Assembly: GCA_046760505.1 (NCBI GenBank)
Contig: JBHIEG010000010.1
Location: 163 to 64,162, forward strand
DNA: 64,000 nt
Source of the DNA: Candidatus Hydrothermarchaeota archaeon
GTDB taxonomy: Archaea > CAYFZR01
Direction: 5' to 3'
The first letter of the stretch is position 1; every line of letters begins with the position of its first letter. The notes below the pieces were generated by a model. That model was given only the letters and a program-made list of their open reading frames with translations, did no database searches and was not told the origin of the DNA. The translations under genes and the position numbers were made by a program. Positions 8,874-19,235 of the stretch are shown piece by piece.

Positions 8874-9677
8874 ATGTTCGAGTTTACGGAAGAAGAGATC
8901 AAAAGGTACAGCAGGCAAATAATACTTAAAGAAGTAGGAGGAAAAGGTCAAAAGAAATTGAGGGAGGCAAAAGTACTTATAATCGGGGCGGGAGGCCTAG
9001 GATCTCCAAGTTCAATATATCTGGCTGCGGCAGGTATCGGAACGATAGGGATTGTAGACTTCGATGTGGTTGATGTAAGCAACCTTCAAAGACAAATACT
9101 CCACGGGACAAAGGACATTGGCAGAGATAAGGTTGATTCTGCAAGGGAGACATTGGAAGACATTAATCCAAATATCACCGTGAATACATATAAAACATTG
9201 CTAAGCCCTGACAACGTTCTTGATTTGATAAAAGAATACGATTTGGTTGTAGATGGCACAGACAACTTTCCTACAAGGTACCTAGTCAACGATGCATGCG
9301 TGATATTGAACAAACCCTTGTTCTACGGAAGTGTTTTCAGATTTGAGGGGCAGGTATCGGTATTCATACCTCGTGAAACCGCTTGTTATAGATGCGTATT
9401 TCCGGAGCGTCCACCAGAAGGTTTTGTTCCAAGTTGCGCTGAAGGTGGCGTGCTCGGAGTTGTCCCGGGAATTATCGGGCTCATGCAGGCAAACGAGGTG
9501 ATAAAGTACATAGTGGGTATCGGCGAACTGCTTAAAAATAGACTGCTAATATTCGATGCGCTCCATGGAGATCTGACGCAAATAAAACTCGAGAGAGATC
9601 CTAAGTGTATTGTATGCGGAGATACTCCGACCATAAAAGACGTAGAGATGTTTGATTACGGACAGGTATGCATATAG
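8874..9677 (+). CDS. moeB: ThiF/MoeB (UbaA-like) adenylyltransferase
   Basis: RYSRQI, GAGGLGSP, DFDVVDVSNLQRQ, CYRC and CIVC Zn sites. Confidence 0.9.
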   Translation: MFEFTEEEIKRYSRQIILKEVGGKGQKKLREAKVLIIGAGGLGSPSSIYLAAAGIGTIGIVDFDVVDVSNLQRQILHGTKDIGRDKVDSARETLEDINPNITVNTYKTLLSPDNVLDLIKEYDLVVDGTDNFPTRYLVNDACVILNKPLFYGSVFRFEGQVSVFIPRETACYRCVFPERPPEGFVPSCAEGGVLGVVPGIIGLMQANEVIKYIVGIGELLKNRLLIFDALHGDLTQIKLERDPKCIVCGDTPTIKDVEMFDYGQVCI

Positions 9678-9685
9678 GTGATAGG

Positions 9686-9922
9686 ATGGAAGTAGATGAA
9701 GTTCTAGATCTCAGGGGAGAAGTCTGTCCATACACATTCGTAAAATCAAAATTAAAGGTAGAGACCATGGAGCCGGGAAAGACGCTAAAAATAATATTGG
9801 ATCACGAACCAGCCACCAAAAATGTTCCAAGAAGTTTAAAGGGAGAAGGTCACGAGATCATTTCCCTAGAGAAAGTGGAAGAGGGTCTATGGCATCTTTA
9901 TGTTAGGGTTGGCGAGGTTTAA
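9686..9922 (+). CDS. tusA: TusA/SirA-family sulfur carrier
   Basis: LDLRGEVCPY motif; SD AGGTGA before ATG 9686. Confidence 0.85.
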   Translation: MEVDEVLDLRGEVCPYTFVKSKLKVETMEPGKTLKIILDHEPATKNVPRSLKGEGHEIISLEKVEEGLWHLYVRVGEV

Positions 9923-9924
9923 GG

Positions 9925-11118
9925 ATGGATGTTGCCCGGCTAAAAAGATACGCTGATATTTCCAGGACCTTAGAGGAGGATTATGTCAACATACAGCCCA
10001 TACAGAGGGGCGGAGTACTTACCAAAGAAGCAAGGAAAATTCTGGTAGATTATGGCGATGGATACAGCATGTGCGACCATTGCCTGGCTGGAAGGTTGGA
10101 TCTGTTAGAGAATCCGCCCGTACAGGAATTTTTGAGAGATGTATCAGAATTTCTTGATATGGATGAGGCTAGACTCACCGCAGGATGCAGACACGCAAAA
10201 TGGGTAGTATTCAATTCTATCTGCAAGAAAGGAAGTACTATTGTAATAGATTCTTTAGCGCATTACACCACATATCTATCTGCAGAAGCCGCAGGGATAA
10301 ACGTGGTTGAGGTTCCTCACTCAGGGTATCCTGAGTACAAGATAAACCTAGATGGATACGTGGATAAGATAGAAGAAGTAAAGAAAGAAACAGGCAAGTA
10401 TCCAGACCTTCTCGTGCTCACCCACGTTGACTACATCTATGGAAATCTATGCGATGCGAGAAAGGTTGGAGATATTGCAGAGGAATACGATATTCCATTT
10501 CTGTTAAACGCTGCCTATACCGCTGGAGTAATGCCTGTTTCTGGCAAAAAATTGAAAGCAGACTTTATTGCCTGCAGCGGTCATAAGAGCTGGGCTGCTG
10601 CCGCGCCCGTAGGAATTCTCGCCACCAACTATGAATACATGGACAAGATCTTCAGGAAATCTGAAATAAAAGGCACCTGGAGCGGTCGTTCGTTTCCTCG
10701 CAAGGAAGTGAGCCTTTTTGGATGTCCGCCAGCGATGGGTGTTACCGCTGCTACGCTAATGGCAAGCTTTCCTGTCGTCGTGCAAAGGATAAATCACTGG
10801 AAGGATGAGATAGAAAAGACCAGATATCTTGTAAACGAACTTGAGAAAATTAAAGATGTTCACCAATTAGGTGTAAAGCCAAAGGAACATCACTTAATTC
10901 ACATGGAAGCTCCCTCTTTTCATAATATCGCTAAAAAGCATCCTAGGAAGGGGTGGTTCCTCTACGACGAATTAAAAGATAGAAAGATAACAGGCATCCA
11001 ATCAGGATTAACGAAGCACTTCAAGCTCTCCGTATATGGCTTAAGCTGGTCTCAGGTAGAATACGTGGCAAATTCCTTCAAAGATCTTGCAGAGAAATAC
11101 GACATACCGGTGGAATGA
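9925..11118 (+). CDS. pscS: O-phosphoseryl-tRNA:Cys-tRNA synthase (SepCysS)
   Basis: NIQPIQRGGVLT, GDGYSMCDHC, PLP lysine SGHKS, third Cys FGCPP, HFKLSVYGL. Confidence 0.93.
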   Translation: MDVARLKRYADISRTLEEDYVNIQPIQRGGVLTKEARKILVDYGDGYSMCDHCLAGRLDLLENPPVQEFLRDVSEFLDMDEARLTAGCRHAKWVVFNSICKKGSTIVIDSLAHYTTYLSAEAAGINVVEVPHSGYPEYKINLDGYVDKIEEVKKETGKYPDLLVLTHVDYIYGNLCDARKVGDIAEEYDIPFLLNAAYTAGVMPVSGKKLKADFIACSGHKSWAAAAPVGILATNYEYMDKIFRKSEIKGTWSGRSFPRKEVSLFGCPPAMGVTAATLMASFPVVVQRINHWKDEIEKTRYLVNELEKIKDVHQLGVKPKEHHLIHMEAPSFHNIAKKHPRKGWFLYDELKDRKITGIQSGLTKHFKLSVYGLSWSQVEYVANSFKDLAEKYDIPVE

Positions 11119-11119
11119 T

Positions 11120-12118
11120 ATGGCAACAAAATGGAAGGAAATAAAAAAGGAGTTTAGAGAGCACTTCAGAACGAAATACGACCCTGTAGGAGTTAAGTTA
11201 CTGAAAGAAAGACCAGACAATGTTATTGAAACAAACGACCCTCTACGCTACTGTCAGTATGTAAAAAAGGCTGCCATGCTTGGAGAAAAATTCATATTAG
11301 ATGATAAAAGTTTCTCCTGTCCAAACTGTTTATTTACCCTCGGATTTAAGGAGCCGGTTTATGGAGATATAGAGCCAAGGATAAAACCTGCTAACACAAA
11401 GGCCATTATGATAGCACCTCTAGGAGATATCGAAGATCCTGACGTAATTCTCACCATATTAACTCCCATACAGGTTATGGAGATATCAAGAGTGATCTAT
11501 AAGGATAAAAACGAATCCATGGTAGCATGCTTCAAGGGTGAGAGAGCCGTATGCGGTGAGGCTACTGCAAAGCCCTATATGGAAAACGGAATTAACGTAA
11601 CCATGCTATGCCAAGGTGCAAGATTATTTGGTCCATATAGCGAAAAAGAGATGGTAATGGGTTTTAAAACAGAAAAATTCCTCGATATGATGCAAAGGAA
11701 ACAGGAAATCGAGGAGATTGGCAAGGGACTCTGTGGATGTATAGTGGATGATGTTCCAAGTGGAGCGATCGATAAACTGGAGAAAATAGGATTTGAAAAA
11801 GGAACTGATTACTTTTTCGGCTACGTAGAAGATAACCTAATAAGAATATATCTTAACAAAGACGAGCACGGAGAATTTAACAAAATAACTTTACATCTAC
11901 CCCTGAAACTTAATGGAGACATTAACCGCGTTCTGGATATTCTCTCATCAGAGTACATGGTCAACCACCAAGTTAGGGACAACTGGCTGGATCTCTCCAT
12001 AGTGCTGAATGCCAAAGATGAAAGCATAAACATGCATACGGGCCAGGGAATAGAAATCATTAAAGACTACGCCAACAAACTGATTGAAATTGGAAACAGG
12101 ATTAAAAGGGTTGTTTAA
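11120..12118 (+). CDS. DUF169-family protein with an extra C-terminal domain
   Basis: PVGVK, RYCQ, SCP, VCGEATA.PY, CQGAR; about 130-aa extension starting GLCGC. Confidence 0.7.
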   Translation: MATKWKEIKKEFREHFRTKYDPVGVKLLKERPDNVIETNDPLRYCQYVKKAAMLGEKFILDDKSFSCPNCLFTLGFKEPVYGDIEPRIKPANTKAIMIAPLGDIEDPDVILTILTPIQVMEISRVIYKDKNESMVACFKGERAVCGEATAKPYMENGINVTMLCQGARLFGPYSEKEMVMGFKTEKFLDMMQRKQEIEEIGKGLCGCIVDDVPSGAIDKLEKIGFEKGTDYFFGYVEDNLIRIYLNKDEHGEFNKITLHLPLKLNGDINRVLDILSSEYMVNHQVRDNWLDLSIVLNAKDESINMHTGQGIEIIKDYANKLIEIGNRIKRVV

Positions 12119-12378
12119 TGATTAAAATAGAGGTGTTTACAACTCCTTCATGTCGTTACTGCCCCTATGCTTTAGATGTGGTCATGCGTGCCTCGAGAGA
12201 ATTTGACAACGTAATCGTGGAAGAAATAGATGTCTCCACCAAAGAGGGAAAAAAAAGAGCAAGAGATCTTAATGTGTTGAACACACCAACCATAGCAATA
12301 AATGGAACCATCTATTTTTCTGGAGTACCCAGTAAAAAAGCGGTTGTTAAGGCCATAAGCGATATATCTGGAAATTGA
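12118..12378 (+). CDS. Thioredoxin/glutaredoxin-like protein
   Basis: IEVFTTPSCRYC, TPTIAING, F.GVP. Confidence 0.85.
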   Translation: MIKIEVFTTPSCRYCPYALDVVMRASREFDNVIVEEIDVSTKEGKKRARDLNVLNTPTIAINGTIYFSGVPSKKAVVKAISDISGN

Positions 12379-12449
12379 TTTTTTAATTCCCGAATTTCGG
12401 AACGCAAACGATAAATACTATAATTCTGACTATTAGAAGATGTGGAAAC

Positions 12450-13178
12450 GTGGAGAAGATAAAAACAGGTATCAGAGGTCTTGACGGTATATTATATGGA
12501 GGTCTTCCAAAGGAGAAAGTGATTCTGGTTACAGGGGGTCCCGGAACCGGGAAGAGTATATTTTGCATGCAATTTTTATACAACGGTGCAAAGGAATACG
12601 GCGAGCCAGGAGTTTTTGTCGCGATAGAGGAGAGACCAAAAGATATCCGGGAAAATATGAAGAGTCTTGGATGGGATATCAAGGAATTAGAAGACAAAAA
12701 ACTTCTGGCAATAATCGATGCTGCTTCCGCAAGACATGGTATACCAAGCGAGGAAAAATACGTTGAATCAAGAGTTTTTGACATCGATACCCTGATACAC
12801 AAGATCGTTACAGTGGTAGAAGAAATCGGTGCAAAAAGGATAGTCATCGATTCGATACCTTCTCTAGGCTTGAGGTTAAGTGAAGATGAATTAAGAGCAG
12901 CGATTTATAGGTTGCAGGGCTTGCTCCTTGAATTAGGATGTACCACTTTTATAGTTTCAGAAATAAAATCTGGAAGCGATGAAATCAGCAGATATGGATT
13001 CGAAGAGTTCATTTCCCATGGCGTCATTATCCTAGAACTTGTCGAACACTCAGGAGACATGATAAGAAGGCTTTGGGTAAGGAAGATGCGGGGAACACCC
13101 CATAAGATGAAGAAGTATCCTTTCGAAATTACTTCCGAAGGAATCGTAATCTATCCAACCGAAGAGTTGGGAACTTAG
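12450..13178 (+). CDS. KaiC/RAD55-family ATPase
   Basis: GGPGTGKS, IEERP, RIVIDS, SRYGFEEF, RKMRGT. Confidence 0.9.
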   Translation: MEKIKTGIRGLDGILYGGLPKEKVILVTGGPGTGKSIFCMQFLYNGAKEYGEPGVFVAIEERPKDIRENMKSLGWDIKELEDKKLLAIIDAASARHGIPSEEKYVESRVFDIDTLIHKIVTVVEEIGAKRIVIDSIPSLGLRLSEDELRAAIYRLQGLLLELGCTTFIVSEIKSGSDEISRYGFEEFISHGVIILELVEHSGDMIRRLWVRKMRGTPHKMKKYPFEITSEGIVIYPTEELGT

Positions 13179-13182
13179 TCTT

Positions 13183-13926
13183 ATGAAGCGGATGAAAACC
13201 GGAATTGACGAACTGGACAAAATGCTCGAGGGTGGTTATCCTGTTCCATCTATTGTACTGATCCTCGGCGACAGCGGTAGTGGAAAAAGCATTTTTGCCC
13301 AGCAATTCCTATGGAAAGGTATAAAAGAGGGAGAAAATAACCTCTACATTTCTATAGATCACTCACCATCGGAAATAAGGGAATCTATGTCCAAATTTGG
13401 TTGGAATTATAACAAAAAAGATTTAAACATTTTAGATTGCTATTCTGAGAGATTAGGCTTTGCGCATGGAGGAAATAAGTACGTAGAAAATCCCTACAAC
13501 CTCAACAATTTGTACAGGGTGATATCAGAATCCATAGAAAACAGCGAAAATCAGAGGAATACCAGACTGGTTTTAGATTCAGCCTCCACTTTAATTATGC
13601 GCACCGATTTCAATACTATTTACCGGTTCTTTCAGAAGTTTGCGGGATATTTAATGTCCAAGGATGCAGTCGGATTGATTACATTGCACAAAGGAATGCA
13701 CAACAGTTACATCGAGAACTCTATGAGACAAATCTGCAACGGAGTTTTACATTTAATGAGGGAATGGGAAGAATATGCAATGACCCTTAGCCTTTTACTA
13801 AAAAAGACCTGGAAAAGCAGGCAAATAAGACGCTATATCTGGATAGATAGAATGCATGCAACGAAACATACCACAGAGGTATATTCATTTAGCATCGATG
13901 ACCACGGAATCAAGATCATAAGATAA
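13183..13926 (+). CDS. KaiC/RAD55-family ATPase (catalytic EE replaced)
   Basis: KTGIDELD, GDSGSGKS, SIDHSP, RLVLDS. Confidence 0.85.
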   Translation: MKRMKTGIDELDKMLEGGYPVPSIVLILGDSGSGKSIFAQQFLWKGIKEGENNLYISIDHSPSEIRESMSKFGWNYNKKDLNILDCYSERLGFAHGGNKYVENPYNLNNLYRVISESIENSENQRNTRLVLDSASTLIMRTDFNTIYRFFQKFAGYLMSKDAVGLITLHKGMHNSYIENSMRQICNGVLHLMREWEEYAMTLSLLLKKTWKSRQIRRYIWIDRMHATKHTTEVYSFSIDDHGIKIIR

Positions 13927-14106
13927 TTTTTTTCAGATATTTTTACTCATTTTCATCAAACTTACATAGTTTAGCATAATTGACTCACTTTTTATCACAT
14001 TTGTTTTACTTCTTTTAATAATCTAAAAAGAGGCATTTTTGAAATGTTTTCCACTATTTTTGTATAGATAAAATATAATTTGTTATAATGTCAAAATATA
14101 CATAGT

Positions 14107-14502
14107 ATGTTAGCAAAAATCATCAATAGATCAAAAGATGTTGCGAGAAAAAGGGAAAACAAAACATATCTTTTTGTGGTAGATTCAGAAACAGGAATAT
14201 CCATATTCAAAGACCTTTACGAGACGCTTGAAAGCAACGAATTGCTAGATATCCTTCTCCTTTACAACGAAAAAGATGTCGAGACTCTTAGACTCTTTAG
14301 GGTATTTGAAGACCTTGTTTCGAAGTTACCAAATGTCGTAGATTGTACAATAAGGGAGTGTAATGTCCAAAATCCCGCAGTCTATGCCAAATCTATTCGC
14401 ATGCATTTAGCCTTAAGAGACATTGATGTAATTTTACTTTCTGAAAGAAGAGAGCCCTCTCTTGAAATGATCAATTCTCAAATCCCTATTTTAACCTACT
14501 AG
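14107..14502 (+). CDS. Hypothetical protein, possibly a divergent universal stress protein (UspA-like)
   Basis: YLFVVDSE...NPA...DIDVILLSERR...SQIPILT pattern loosely parallels the UspA fold. Confidence 0.45.
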   Translation: MLAKIINRSKDVARKRENKTYLFVVDSETGISIFKDLYETLESNELLDILLLYNEKDVETLRLFRVFEDLVSKLPNVVDCTIRECNVQNPAVYAKSIRMHLALRDIDVILLSERREPSLEMINSQIPILTY

Positions 14503-14506
14503 AACA

Positions 14507-15454
14507 CTATAAACGAAAATACTCGGTAAGCAACTTTTGTCCGGTTGATAAGTCCGATTTTCTGGATATTATTAGTTTGTATAGGTCTTCAATTCTTTTT
14601 ATTCTCAAATCTTTAAGGCTCTCAAAACCCCAGTTCTCCGTTTTCAAACTAGATACTATATTGCCCACTATCGCTGCTCTAAATTCATTCTTTGTGAGTA
14701 TGTAACTACCCAAATAAGAGCCACAGAAGCAATCTCCAGCACCGGTAGGATCCTTTACATTGGGATTGAACAGAGAAGTTACGATATCGTACTCTCCCTG
14801 AGATATAAGAATGCATCCGAGAGTGCCTAGGGTTATTACCACCCGGGTATCAGGATAATCTTCATAGAAAACTTTGGCAGCATTATCCGCTACCTTCGTA
14901 TCCGTAAGATCTAGCGCCTCCCTTTCGTTTATAATGAATATGTCCGAATTTTCTATTACCTCCCCTAACTGTTTTCTATATTTTCTCACGTAGTACTCAT
15001 GGGAGTTAACAGATATTATAGAGTTTGTTCTTTCTCTTATTGCTTTTATGAATCTAAGTTGTTTATTGGGATTATTTGGAGTTATATGGAATCCTTTTGC
15101 CTTTTTAAAGTAATATAGAGGTATATCGGATGGATTTAACCATAAACCGCATCCATAGATAACATCTTCGTATATGGCTCTTGATGGGAGTCCGTATTTT
15201 ATTTTAAAGTGAGTAGATCTTCCTGAGACTTGTTTTAAACCCCTCAAATCCAGCCTAAGGCCCTTTAACGTAGCCAAGTACTCTCTGGGATAGTCACTTC
15301 CAATCCTAGAACAGATTCCTACCTTGATATCCTCAAATATATTTGCGGCGATCGCAGAGTAAACGGCGGCACCGCCGATCTGCTCTCTGGACTCACCCTG
15401 TATGGTTATGTGATCATAAGATGTATTGCCTATCGTTACTATCATGATTATCAC
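14507..15454 (-). CDS. PfkB-family carbohydrate/nucleoside kinase
   Basis: GGAAVYSA, NEREA, DPTGAGDCF. Confidence 0.9.
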   Translation of the reverse strand: MIIMIVTIGNTSYDHITIQGESREQIGGAAVYSAIAANIFEDIKVGICSRIGSDYPREYLATLKGLRLDLRGLKQVSGRSTHFKIKYGLPSRAIYEDVIYGCGLWLNPSDIPLYYFKKAKGFHITPNNPNKQLRFIKAIRERTNSIISVNSHEYYVRKYRKQLGEVIENSDIFIINEREALDLTDTKVADNAAKVFYEDYPDTRVVITLGTLGCILISQGEYDIVTSLFNPNVKDPTGAGDCFCGSYLGSYILTKNEFRAAIVGNIVSSLKTENWGFESLKDLRIKRIEDLYKLIISRKSDLSTGQKLLTEYFRL

Positions 15455-15539
15455 TTAATCATAACTCGCAAACCTAATAATTTTTTATAATTTTCCCATC
15501 CAAAAAGATTTTATCAACTGATTAGGAGAAGAATTTTTT

Positions 15540-15992
15540 ATGAGCAGACCTAGTTTGGACGAGTACTTCATGAAGATTGCAGAAGTTGTAGCACAAAGAT
15601 CTACTTGTTTGAGACGCAATTTCGGCACCGTGATTGTAAAGGACAAGCATATAATCTCTACAGGATACAACGGCGCTCCTAGAGGGATGCCCCACTGTCT
15701 GGACATAGGATGCCTGAGAGACGAACTGGAAATAGAATCAGGAACACGTCATGAAACTTGTAGGGGAGTTCATGCTGAGCAAAATGCCATTATACAGTGT
15801 GCTTTTCATGGAAAATCCAGCAAGGATGCTACCCTTTACGTAACAGGATACCCCTGCAAAATTTGCGCAAAGATGATAATAAACGCGGGAATTAAACGTG
15901 TTGTAATCTCAGGTGAATATTCCGATTTAGAAGGAATAGAACTGTTGAAAGAAGCGGGAATAGAAGTTGTGAAGTTGGATGAAGATATATAA
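15540..15992 (+). CDS. dCMP deaminase family protein
   Basis: RSTCLRR, TGYNG, HAEQNA, PCKIC. Confidence 0.9.
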   Translation: MSRPSLDEYFMKIAEVVAQRSTCLRRNFGTVIVKDKHIISTGYNGAPRGMPHCLDIGCLRDELEIESGTRHETCRGVHAEQNAIIQCAFHGKSSKDATLYVTGYPCKICAKMIINAGIKRVVISGEYSDLEGIELLKEAGIEVVKLDEDI

Positions 15993-16070
15993 GGATGGTA
16001 ATATAGAAAAGTGATAAATAATATTGACAAGTAATATAAAGGTGATAGAAAAATCAAAACACAGTATGAT

Positions 16071-16146
<76 letters not shown>

Positions 16147-16239
16147 TAATTCCTTTTGGACTTCTCTTTCGATAATTGAAGAGAGTGCTACAAAGATATA
16201 TATTCTGAAGCATTCCAATATTTAGAAAGGAAATGAGTA

Positions 16240-17004
16240 ATGAAAATGCACGCCCTGAGAAAAATAAACACAATAAAGACGAATGAAAAAGATATTTCTT
16301 TAGTTGGGAAGGTCTTAAAGGTAAAGAAAAGTAAAAAATTCAAAAAAGAAATAACTTTTGGAATTTTAAGAGACGAAACAGGGAAATTACCATTTATCTC
16401 TTCGAAAAAATTTGATTTTTCAGAGGGGGACGTAATATTATTGAGAAACGTGCACACTGAAGGCTTGTTAGGCATACCAAGGATAATAATATCTCAAGAA
16501 AGCACTGTTGAAAGATTTTTTGATGAAAGATTGTCTAAATATGAAGATGAACCTTTTTTCAAGTTAATATCTGAGTTAAAAAACTCTTCATACTTTGATA
16601 TTTCAATAAAAGGATTTGTAAAGGAAATTGACCCCAGAAGCTCTATAATTCACAAGTGTCCCACTTGCAAGCGTTTGATAAAAGGAAATTCATGCACCGA
16701 TCATGGTATTGTAGAGCCAGAAAGAGATATTAAGATTATTTTCAATTTAGAAGATGGTACCGGTGAAATAACCTGCTATTTAAAGACAAAGGATTCTAAG
16801 AGGCTCAGATCCCAGTCTTTCCATCACAGAAATGTTCACCAAGAACTCACCGAAGAATTGCTGGGGAGGTTCTTGGTCGTCAGGGGAGACGTAATAAGGG
16901 GAAAAAAAGGTTTCAACATGAATGTAAACAGTATAGAATTCTATAAAACAAGTGAGGAAGAGGTAATCCAAATAATAAACGATTTGAAGGGATATAATGC
17001 ATAG
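16240..17004 (+). CDS. Replication protein A-like ssDNA-binding protein (OB folds plus Zn finger)
   Basis: LRDETG, CPTCKR...CTDHG, LEDGTG. Confidence 0.8.
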   Translation: MKMHALRKINTIKTNEKDISLVGKVLKVKKSKKFKKEITFGILRDETGKLPFISSKKFDFSEGDVILLRNVHTEGLLGIPRIIISQESTVERFFDERLSKYEDEPFFKLISELKNSSYFDISIKGFVKEIDPRSSIIHKCPTCKRLIKGNSCTDHGIVEPERDIKIIFNLEDGTGEITCYLKTKDSKRLRSQSFHHRNVHQELTEELLGRFLVVRGDVIRGKKGFNMNVNSIEFYKTSEEEVIQIINDLKGYNA

Positions 17005-17773
17005 CAGTTTAGTTTTTGCCCAAGAACTAAATGAGGCTGTCTTCGTAAATGATTACGCGTTAAGTAGGCTGGGTGCCTTAATCAGTGATATCTTCATAAT
17101 CGGAACTCCCGCGGAGATTTATAACAGAGAGGCCTTTTATTTATTGAAAATAGCAGATCCAACTGGTTTCTTTAATGTTTTGATACCTAAAGAACTAAAA
17201 ATATTTGTTGAGAACGAATATCCTGTTTTTTTTGCAATATTCGGGAAGGTGAATTTCATTGAACGCAAATCAAGAATACCTTTTGTTATCGCAAGAAAAG
17301 TTAATCTTGTGGAAAAGAGAGACAGAGATGCTTGGTTAGTTGAAACTACAAGGAGAACGCTTGAAAGAATAAAAACAATAGAAATAACAGGAGAATTTTC
17401 AGGTAACATATCTGAACTGAACAAGGTCTTAAATTCCCACAAACTTCCCAGAATCATGTTAGAAGGCATCGAAAATTTGATTGAAATTGGTATTAAAGCA
17501 GAAACAGAAAGATACGTGGATATGCTTGTAAGAGTCATGAATTCATTACTCTCGGAATTCGTAGAACCTATTGAAAATATGGATAAACTTAGAAAAGAAA
17601 TATTAGATAAAATAACAAGTCTGCAGGATCAAAATGGCGTGGAAATTGAGAGATTGAAATTAGAAATCAACGAGAGAGAAGAGGATATAGACAACTGCCT
17701 TTACAGGCTACTATCAGAAGGAATCATTTACGAGCCACGAGTTGGTAGGGTAAAAAAGATTGACGGAGTCTAG
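16997..17773 (+). CDS. RPA-associated protein (OB fold plus C-terminal wHTH)
   Basis: VFAQEL, IADPTG, RDAWLVET...T.ERI, EGIIYEP. Confidence 0.75.
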   Translation: MHSSLVFAQELNEAVFVNDYALSRLGALISDIFIIGTPAEIYNREAFYLLKIADPTGFFNVLIPKELKIFVENEYPVFFAIFGKVNFIERKSRIPFVIARKVNLVEKRDRDAWLVETTRRTLERIKTIEITGEFSGNISELNKVLNSHKLPRIMLEGIENLIEIGIKAETERYVDMLVRVMNSLLSEFVEPIENMDKLRKEILDKITSLQDQNGVEIERLKLEINEREEDIDNCLYRLLSEGIIYEPRVGRVKKIDGV

Positions 17774-18551
17774 AATGTTTATCCAACCAGTTTTTGGTAA
17801 TCCAGCGCTCATTATAAAATCTTCAGAAAATATTCTCGTTATCGCTGACATCCACCTAGGCATTGAGCACGAGTTCAGGATGGGTGGTTTAAAGATAAAG
17901 AGTCAAACAGAGGAATTAAAAAACAAGATTATCGATTTGATAAATGATTTTAAAATAGAGAGATTGATTCTACTTGGCGATATAAAGCACAATATTCCAA
18001 CAATCCCGAAACAGGAAATAAGGGAGATCCCAAGTTTTTTAGAGGCTCTAACTAGTTTTACCAAGGTCGAAATATTGCCTGGTAATCACGATGGAGGAAT
18101 AGATAAACTGACGCCACCGGGCGTGGAAATTAGAGATAGAAGGGGAATAATGATTGATGAAAAAATAGGTCTATTACATGGACAGACTTGGCCAAAGCCT
18201 GAGCTATTCGAATCAGAGATACTGATAATTGGACACAACCACCCGAAGATAAAATTTAAAGACGAACTAGGAGGATCCAGCAAAGAACCTGCATGGATAA
18301 GGTCCAAGGTGGATAGAAAAATCTTGATGCAGAGTTATCCCCAAAAAAGGAGAGAGGAATATTTTTCTGTCCGTCTTGAGGAAGTAATGATAATGCCGGC
18401 TTTCAATCCCTTGGTTGGCGGCATATACTTCAATAAGATCAATCAAGAAGAATTGCTTGGACCCATATTAAGAGCGGGTTGTTTAAAACTTAATGAAGCC
18501 GATGTTTATCTCCTTGATGGCACCTATCTAGGAAAAGTTAATAATCTATAG
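17760..18551 (+). CDS. Calcineurin-like metallophosphoesterase (rpa-operon type)
   Basis: ADIHLG, GDIKH, GNHD, HG, GHNHP, MPAFN. Confidence 0.9.
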   Translation: MTESRMFIQPVFGNPALIIKSSENILVIADIHLGIEHEFRMGGLKIKSQTEELKNKIIDLINDFKIERLILLGDIKHNIPTIPKQEIREIPSFLEALTSFTKVEILPGNHDGGIDKLTPPGVEIRDRRGIMIDEKIGLLHGQTWPKPELFESEILIIGHNHPKIKFKDELGGSSKEPAWIRSKVDRKILMQSYPQKRREEYFSVRLEEVMIMPAFNPLVGGIYFNKINQEELLGPILRAGCLKLNEADVYLLDGTYLGKVNNL

Positions 18552-18777
18552 AAGGTATAGAAGGCTCTTACTGTATTTTATATCGAATTTACATTATACT
18601 GAATTTACACTACTTTACCTTATCACCTCCCTCTAAACCCCTTATGAGAAATGGAGGGGATAAAGAAAGAGCGATGAAAAAGCGATAGATTTAGGGCAGG
18701 AAAGAGTAGGAAACATGCAGAAAACATCTTGTACCGTTAATAAAAATAATTTTAGAGTATGGGCCTCTTGCTAGCTG

Positions 18778-19176
18778 CTACTTTGGATGAATGTAGGCCC
18801 ACTTTCCCTCTTTTTTGATTCTTCTAAGTTCTCCCCTCTTTACCATATTGGTAAGTACTCCTGAGACGCTTCCATCTGTAAAGTACAGAGCATTGGTCTT
18901 AAGTACATCTGTAATTTCCTTCATCGTCCTTGGCTCCTTTCTTCCCCAGGGACTCTGCAGTATTGTCCGAATAGCTTCGGAACACCCTATGCTGCCTGAT
19001 ATTTCTGGGATTTCTACGTCATCAGATTTTTTAATTTCTTCTTCTAAGGGTTCCTCAATTTCGCTCACTGATGTCAGTTTATTTAAAGCATCTAACAATT
19101 CTTCTGGCGTCTCCGTTTCTATAGTAACCTCACCTTTCATCCAAATTCCCTTCCATGTGATCTTCATTTGTATCAC
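18778..19176 (-). CDS. Hypothetical protein with C-terminal winged helix
   Basis: PRTMKEI...L......SV...L..MVKRGEL.R......WAY. Confidence 0.6.
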   Translation of the reverse strand: MIQMKITWKGIWMKGEVTIETETPEELLDALNKLTSVSEIEEPLEEEIKKSDDVEIPEISGSIGCSEAIRTILQSPWGRKEPRTMKEITDVLKTNALYFTDGSVSGVLTNMVKRGELRRIKKEGKWAYIHPK

Positions 19177-19188
19177 TTAAGTATAGTT

Positions 19189-19235
19189 TACAGAGTGATA
19201 TTATACAGAGTAGTATATAGAGTTTTATACAGATC
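19189..19235. repeat. Four short direct repeats TAYAGAGT between divergent wHTH genes
   Basis: TACAGAGT 19189 and 19204, TATAGAGT 19216, TACAGATC 19228. Confidence 0.5.

Noticed and set aside
2859-13926. Circadian clock (KaiABC)
   Set aside because: Single-domain or degenerate KaiC-like ATPases, no kaiA/kaiB, and no clear tandem Ser-Thr phosphosites
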